From contig JBOEGF010000002.1 in the NCBI GenBank assembly GCA_050633305.1, forward strand, positions 287,701-351,700: a stretch of 64,000 nt of DNA, given 5' to 3'. The translations under genes and the position numbers were made by a program. How positions within the stretch are numbered: position 1 is the stretch's first letter; each line of letters starts with the position of its first letter. Source of the DNA: Nannocystales bacterium. GTDB taxonomy: Bacteria > Myxococcota_A > Polyangia > Nannocystales > Nannocystaceae. This document shows, piece by piece, positions 58,511-64,000 of this stretch. A model generated the notes under the pieces. That model was not told the origin of the DNA and ran no database searches. It saw nothing but the letters and a program-made list of their open reading frames with translations.

Positions 58511-59285
58511 TCAGCGATCGAACACGTCTACGGGATCGGAGACAGTGGCCGCGCGGACAAGCCAGCGGTCGAGCGTCTCCGCGTCACCGCAGGTCTCGAT
58601 GCGCGTTCGGACATCTGCGGGGACATGGAGTCCGCGTGCGCGAAGGATGACAAGGAGCGCCTCGGCCTTGCCCTCCGCTTTGCCCTCGGCCTTTCCCTCG
58701 GCCTTGCCCTGTACGAGACCCATGGCGTGTCCTTCAGCGTGGAGTTGTTCTTCGATCGTCATGGTCACGGCCTCGGCAGTGGGCGCCTGCCCGTCAAGGA
58801 TGGCACGGAACTCGGACAGCTGCAGGTCGCGGGAGGCCTTCGCGATGTAGCGCAGAAGCACGATGAGCAGGTCTTTGCCTCGGGGTGTTTGCGCGAGCGA
58901 TTCGAGGTCTGCCGCCCACGACGGAAGGCTCCGCAGGAGCGAATCTCGGTCTCGTGCGTCGCGCAGCAGCCACAGGGAGAGTCGCGCAGCGTTGGCGAGC
59001 GTTCGGGCGCGCAGGTCGGCGTCGTTCGATCGGTGCAGATCGTCGACTGCGTAGTGGAAGTCCGGGAGAACTCCAGGCGCGATGTCGGTGACGGAGGTGG
59101 AGAAGAGGTCGGCGAACCGTGTCGGGGCGGTCCAGCCACCGGAGACCTGGGCGAGAACGGCGGGGATGATGAGAGGCAGCGGATGTTCGGGGTGCTCGTT
59201 CGCGTGCCGGGTCCAGCTCCGAACCATGTACCGAAGCAAGCGCAACGCCATGCCAGGCTGCGCGCTGGATTGATGCTCGAACAGG
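58511..59285 (-). pseudogene. Rpn copy 3, 5'-truncated (starts at LFEHQS)
   Basis: Homology to copy 2 stops near 59285; putative internal RpnS at 58511-58762 is intact. Confidence 0.9.
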
Positions 59286-59287
59286 CC

Positions 59288-60223
59288 ATGCGCGGCGACG
59301 TGGTCTTCCGAGTCTACGGGGTAGTGACCAACCGAACCGACGATGTGTATCTCGGCACGTTCCGCACTCGAGCCCTGGCCGCGGCTGAGATCGCGACACT
59401 CAGTACTCGCGAGATGCACGGAGAGAACTGGGCCCGCCGCTACCATGACGGTGGGTTCGTCGTCCGGGAGGTCGTGGTCGAAACGGACTTCGAGATCCCC
59501 TCGCGACCCAAGCCACGGGACGCCTGGGCCGTGCGTACGACGGAGGTTTCTGGCGGCGAGGGTGTGTGGCCTTCGACGGCGGTGGAGGTGTGCCGACGCG
59601 GCGAGCACGGGCTCGAACCGGCCGCGTCGTACGTCCGGAACCACGGGCTGTACCGGACGTTCGAGCCGTTCCGCCAGGGGGACCGAGAGCTCGCCCTCAT
59701 CTCTCGAGACTACGAGGCGACCGCGGTGCTGGACTTGGTCACAGGGGAAATCATCGCGGAGGAGGACGAAGATCATAGGGGCTTTTGCCCGGTTGGGTTC
59801 TACGTACCCGACTGGTGGGACCTCCACGATGGGAGTGTCATCCCGGGCAGCAAGCATTGGAGCCCGGACAGGGAGTGGCCGAACGGGGACTTCGGGTTCG
59901 TGTGGGGCTGCCACTGGGGCGACGACACCTCATGGAAGCTTCAGCACTTGGATCTGTCGCGCGTGAGCGAGGGCATCGTGACTCGCAGCGAGCGGTTCGG
60001 GTATCTCGAGCTCGCGGATCACGGGTGGGAGCCGGCGTGGCTGGATGTGGACAGGGAGCGAACGGCACCAGCTTCGAAACCGCCGGCGTTTCTGCGGGTT
60101 TGGATTGAGTCTGGGGAGGCTCGGGTTGGCGTTGGGTCGGAGCTTCGGTTCGAGGTCGGGAGTGGGGAGTTGGATCGGTGGCAGCTGAGGTGTTTGATGC
60201 GGGCTGAGAGTGGGCCGGAGTAA
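59288..60223 (+). CDS. Hypothetical protein occupying the place of the Rpn copy 3 5' end
   Basis: MRGDVVFRVYG...TFEPFRQG...GFCPVGFYVPDWWD...WGCHWGDDTSWKLQHLDLS...RFGYLEL; clean coding frame. Confidence 0.82.
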   Translation: MRGDVVFRVYGVVTNRTDDVYLGTFRTRALAAAEIATLSTREMHGENWARRYHDGGFVVREVVVETDFEIPSRPKPRDAWAVRTTEVSGGEGVWPSTAVEVCRRGEHGLEPAASYVRNHGLYRTFEPFRQGDRELALISRDYEATAVLDLVTGEIIAEEDEDHRGFCPVGFYVPDWWDLHDGSVIPGSKHWSPDREWPNGDFGFVWGCHWGDDTSWKLQHLDLSRVSEGIVTRSERFGYLELADHGWEPAWLDVDRERTAPASKPPAFLRVWIESGEARVGVGSELRFEVGSGELDRWQLRCLMRAESGPE

Positions 60224-60319
60224 GAGAGCGAGCGCTCCCAGGTTCGACAGCCATCGTGCTCTGTTCCCGCAGCCAGCCAGCACTCGCGCTTCGCACCGAC
60301 CGACAGCAACGCGTTGACA

Positions 60320-61064
60320 CGACAACGGCGACGCGAGAGGTCGCACCACGTCGGAGGGCCCAGGAAACTCGCCATCGTACGAGAGCTGGCCGATCCTGGT
60401 CGCGGTTGCCGTGCTGGGCCCTGAGCGAGCGCTTCAGGAGGACGAGTATTTCTCGGTGAACGTCGATGCCTTGGGCTTCGACCGCAATGGCCGGCTGTGG
60501 GCGACGGGCGATGAGCGACTCTACTGTTGCAGCGTGTCGACGGGGATCTGTGCGGCCCAGGGCATCCTTCCCCCCGACGCTTGGTCGATCTGGTTCGCCG
60601 ACAACCCACAGGGCGAGGAGGTTCAGCTCGCCTCGGATGTCGGCTTCACGACGAGCTTCCTGTAGCGGCTCGCTGTCCCCTCGATCTTCGGTCCGCTCGC
60701 AAGTCAGCTCTTGGGAAGAGTGGAGCTGTGCACCGAGCCGGGGCCAGAAGCGCCGCCGGGTCTCTTGGCCGTCGCCGCCGGTCCAGTGCAGATGCAGGGC
60801 GGCGTGACGATGGCTGTCGTGCGAGACGAGGGCGCGCTCAGGTTGACGTTTCTCCAGCTCGGCCTGGCGCCCAGCGTCGTCGAGCAGCACGGACTGCCCG
60901 GGGAGCTGCGGCCGGTTGCGATCGTCCCCACGGACCGCGGCGTTGTTCTCTTCGGAGCACAGGGGGCGATTCAGGAGTGGTCGTCGGGCGGAGGACTCCG
61001 AAAGCTTACCGAGACGGGGTACGAGTGGAGGGCTGTGGGGGGGTTTGAGCTGGAGTTGCCGTGA
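60320..61064 (+). pseudogene. Gene X copy 3 with a premature stop
   Basis: Homologous to 51610-52305; CAG>TAG at 60663-60665; extra segment near 60350-60390. Confidence 0.85.
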
Positions 61065-61415
61065 GGGTGTGCGGTAGCAGGGTGAGATGAGGGCGGACCA
61101 CCCCCGATCTCTCCGGTCGAGCCTGGGGAGACGTAGAACTCGAGAACGCGGTCGTAGGCGGAGTGCTCGTTGTCGGCACCGTGAGAGACCAACACGGCAA
61201 GGCGCTGCGCGTCGAGGCGGTCAAGCTTGAGGAGGGGTTCGGAGGCGGGCGCTGCATCCCGCGGCATGGGGTCGATCGCATTGCCGGGCAGCAGCGAACC
61301 CGTGGGGTCGGCGATGTGGGTCGTCGCGACGTTGGCCTCCTGTCCGCCGATGGTGATGCGTCCGTCGTTCAGGACCTCGAGTGCGTGGCCATCGGATCAC
61401 TCGATCGAAAGCGGC
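61065..61415 (-). pseudogene. Gene Y remnant (longest copy), convergent with gene X
   Basis: Both ends match 52306-52410, which lacks about 245 bp of the middle; part of that middle matches 54965-55106. Confidence 0.6.
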
Positions 61416-61444
61416 CGATCTGGCGCGATGGCATCGCGTTGATC

Positions 61445-61487
<43 letters not shown>

Positions 61488-61589
61488 GGGCTGGTCGATG
61501 ATGCAGACGCGTCCGAGGCGGGGCTGGCTTCGGTTGTTGAGCTGCCTCCGGTGGTGGAGCTATCTCGTACTCCCCGTCGGGTCCGCTAA

Positions 61590-61930
61590 CTGCCGTGAGT
61601 GTGGTCCTCGGTGGCCCCGAAGCGATTGGGGTTCAGGAACCGCACGCGAACATGTCCGGCCGCAGTGCGCTGCCCTGCGTCGAGGTAAAAGGCGGTCCCA
61701 GCACGTAGCGGTAGGCTCGCTCCAGCCGCTAGAGTCTCGACCGTTCACCGTGACGGCGGCGTACAGCTGCATGCCGAGGCATCGGCGGAGCCGGTCGTGG
61801 CTCGCACGGCAAGCTCTCGCCGAACGCAATGGTAGCGCGAGCTAGACTCTGACCACGAGCGCCTCGTCCACAGGCTTGCTCATTCAGGCCGAGCGAACGA
61901 AGCCGACTCTCCCCCAGCCGGTGCGGAACG
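61590..61930 (-). mobile_element. Degenerate IS91-family (Y2) transposase remnant
   Basis: Across frameshifts: GMQLYAAVTVNGRD / RLERAYRYVLGPPF / TAAGHVRVRFLNPNRFGAT, compared with the IS91 pattern GFxLHA...DR..LERLCRY..RPP...DG.VR..LK.PW.DGTT. Confidence 0.65.
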
Positions 61931-62169
61931 ATCCAGCGAGTGTTTTCGACCGAATGAGGTCTCGGAGCTCGGGTCGACGAGTCCTCGATGACATAGGCGG
62001 CCACGGCAACCCAACCCATGCGCCCTCATTCGGGGGAGCACCAGGACGCTCACACTCGTTCATGGCGCGGCCAAGTTTGCACCTCCCCAGGACCTGGACA
62101 AGGAACTTCGCACACCACGTGGGAGCCCCACTGTTGTGAAGGTTGCTAAGCTTCTGGTAGCCAACATAC

Positions 62170-63582
62170 ATGCACCGCCTTGAGGACCTTGAGTCTCATT
62201 CCACATTCGAGAACCTCTGCAAAGACGTTCTGATTGCAGTCGGTTGTCGAAACGTACGAGGGATCGGAAGTGGACCAGATCAAGGGAGCGACATCATGCT
62301 GGATCTCCCGCGAGAGAGCCCACTCGGGCTTGAACTGACACCATTTGTCGTGCAGTGCAAGTGGGTCACATCCGCCCTAGGGCAGGCTGCGATATCAGGC
62401 ACTGTCAGCTACCTTTCACTACATCGTGCCCAAGGGCTACTCATCATCTCAACGGGAGGGTTCTCTGGAACTGCGGTGACGAAAGCCAACGCAATTTCAC
62501 AAGATACAACAAACCCCTACACAGTCATACTTTGGGACTCGACCACACTACATGCAAAACTCGATCGCCACCCGTGGATCGCGACACACTACTGGCATCG
62601 CAACAGCCAAGAATACTCCGGAGGTGTGGATGTCGATAAGTTTCCAGCTTTCAGTCGTGCCAGCATACTCCAGAGACTCCAACGTGACCCTGTGTACGCA
62701 GACACCTCAACGGACTGGTACCGCAAGACGCCAAGCTACCCCCCAACTCAACTCCAGGCAGTGGCTGACCTAATCGACAGGTACCGAACGGCTCCGCCTG
62801 TTGTGCTGGTCATCACGGGCGCCATTGGCTCTGGCAAAACAAGCCTTGCGCACATCTTGCTGACAGAGGTCGGCGCCTGTCCCGATGCTTGCATGTCCTA
62901 CCACATGTACAACGAGCTGTACTATTACTACGCACGCGACAGAGGACGAGCCCTACCACTCCTACTTGGAGCGCTTCTGGATCTGGATTTCCTGATCATT
63001 GACGACTTTGGCTATCGACTGCCAAATGGCACTTCGAACTCGCCCCCTGCCAAATTGCTCATTGACCTTGTCAGGAAACGAGCCAACGAGGGACGCCCAA
63101 CGATTGTAATATCGGCAGGCGCCCAGATGGTCCCCGACTCAATTCAGGAGTTCACAAGGTGGGCAACCCGCTACTATCACAGCATTCATCTTGGCGATCA
63201 CAGCTGGCGCAAGGGAGCCAAGCCACCCGAGGTCGACGAAGAAGACAAGAGGAGATACACAGGATTCATGAGCCGGGGGTGGCTCTCCGAAAAAATGACA
63301 GCCATCGAAGAATCCGCCGAAAGAGCAATCGATCTTCTCACGAAGCCCGACGAGCAAATCGAAGCCCACTCTGACTTCCTGGGCGAGATGGGCCACGGGG
63401 CACCCGACCGCACACAACTGGTCAAGGACGAGATTGAAATCGCCATTGCACTGAGTCGAGAATACCGCCACTTCATCGAAAGTCTCCCATGGAGACATAT
63501 TTCATTTCACAACGTTGAGCTCCACTCAACCAAACCAACACAGGCGTTTGAGGTCCGTGGCACCGAAACTGACGAGTCGTGA
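62170..63582 (+). CDS. Mrr-like restriction endonuclease domain fused to a DnaC/IstB-like P-loop ATPase
   Basis: FENLC.DVL...GSGPDQGSDI...VVQCKW...GLLIIS..FS...LWD; Walker A GAIGSGKT; Walker B FLIIDDFG; LVRKRANEGRPTIVIS; visibly AT-richer. Confidence 0.82.
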   Translation: MHRLEDLESHSTFENLCKDVLIAVGCRNVRGIGSGPDQGSDIMLDLPRESPLGLELTPFVVQCKWVTSALGQAAISGTVSYLSLHRAQGLLIISTGGFSGTAVTKANAISQDTTNPYTVILWDSTTLHAKLDRHPWIATHYWHRNSQEYSGGVDVDKFPAFSRASILQRLQRDPVYADTSTDWYRKTPSYPPTQLQAVADLIDRYRTAPPVVLVITGAIGSGKTSLAHILLTEVGACPDACMSYHMYNELYYYYARDRGRALPLLLGALLDLDFLIIDDFGYRLPNGTSNSPPAKLLIDLVRKRANEGRPTIVISAGAQMVPDSIQEFTRWATRYYHSIHLGDHSWRKGAKPPEVDEEDKRRYTGFMSRGWLSEKMTAIEESAERAIDLLTKPDEQIEAHSDFLGEMGHGAPDRTQLVKDEIEIAIALSREYRHFIESLPWRHISFHNVELHSTKPTQAFEVRGTETDES

Positions 63583-64000
63583 AGAGGAAGCCGGTCTAGC
63601 AACTTGTGGGCTTGACCATTTGACCGTCGCCTCTCAGAGTCCTCCAGCTGGCTCACCGATCAAGGCCGACGAAACGTGAGCGAAAACGTTGGCGAGCCTC
63701 GTGGTTTTAGCGCGCCATAATTCCCCCGCCCGGAGTTGGGAACCTGGCAGCTCGCTGATGAACCCAACCTGGGGACACGAGCAGATAAACCGCAAAGGGT
63801 CCTCGAAGCTCAGCACCCATTGACGCCACGGCCTCAGGCAAGCGGTGCCGGGAGCGCAGCGCCGCGGTCTCGCCCGTGGGCCAGCCAACGCACGAGGGGC
63901 CGATGCCCCGGCTCTCGCACCCGAAAGGAACGCGCAGGCTGTCCCCGTCCCCGTAACGAGCGCATTGCGCCACCAAGAGTAAGTCCTCGCCCTGGCGGGC

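Noticed and set aside
58511..59914. 467-aa ORF as an N-terminally extended Rpn
   Set aside because: The N-terminal part is antisense to gene 59288-60223; Rpn homology starts at LFEHQS
57365..60223. 952-aa + strand ORF
   Set aside because: The first ~640 codons are antisense to the HExxH lipoprotein and Rpn copy 3 (high-GC shadow); only 59288-60223 looks coding
50290..61415. Integron or diversity-generating retroelement as the cause of the array
   Set aside because: No tyrosine integrase, attC-like sites, reverse transcriptase or adenine-specific TR/VR pair seen
63634..64000. Short ORFs at the window end
   Set aside because: No recognisable motifs; context cut by the window edge

Overview
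High-GC accessory region. The gene content points to a myxobacterium, probably Nannocystis/Plesiocystis-like (inference): many Cys-rich, Ser/Thr-linker lipoproteins plus FG-GAP, vWA, RCC1 and VIT proteins. No rRNA, tRNA or CRISPR array was seen. The left part (about 1-37 kb) is mostly intact genes: a TetR/VOC pair, a RAYT transposase with REP-like flanks, a LysM/amidase/TTR-like operon without signal peptides, a pentaheme cytochrome c, and a coupled operon of SGNH hydrolase, ferritin-like::SxtJ-like fusion, carbamoyltransferase and DUF5989/SxtK-like protein. The right part (about 34.6-64 kb) is a heavily rearranged mosaic. It holds a stand-alone CheD/CNF1-like deamidase, an orphan double-glycine RiPP-like precursor with three GCFPP repeats, IS5, IS21 and IS91 remnants, and a 5'-truncated Fic gene. 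It also holds a decayed triplicated Rpn-nuclease/gene X/gene Y module with different cargo between copies, in which the putative internal RpnS antitoxin frame survives in all three copies. It ends with an AT-richer gene fusing an Mrr-like endonuclease to a DnaC/IstB-like ATPase. All family calls come from motif recognition by eye, not database searches.
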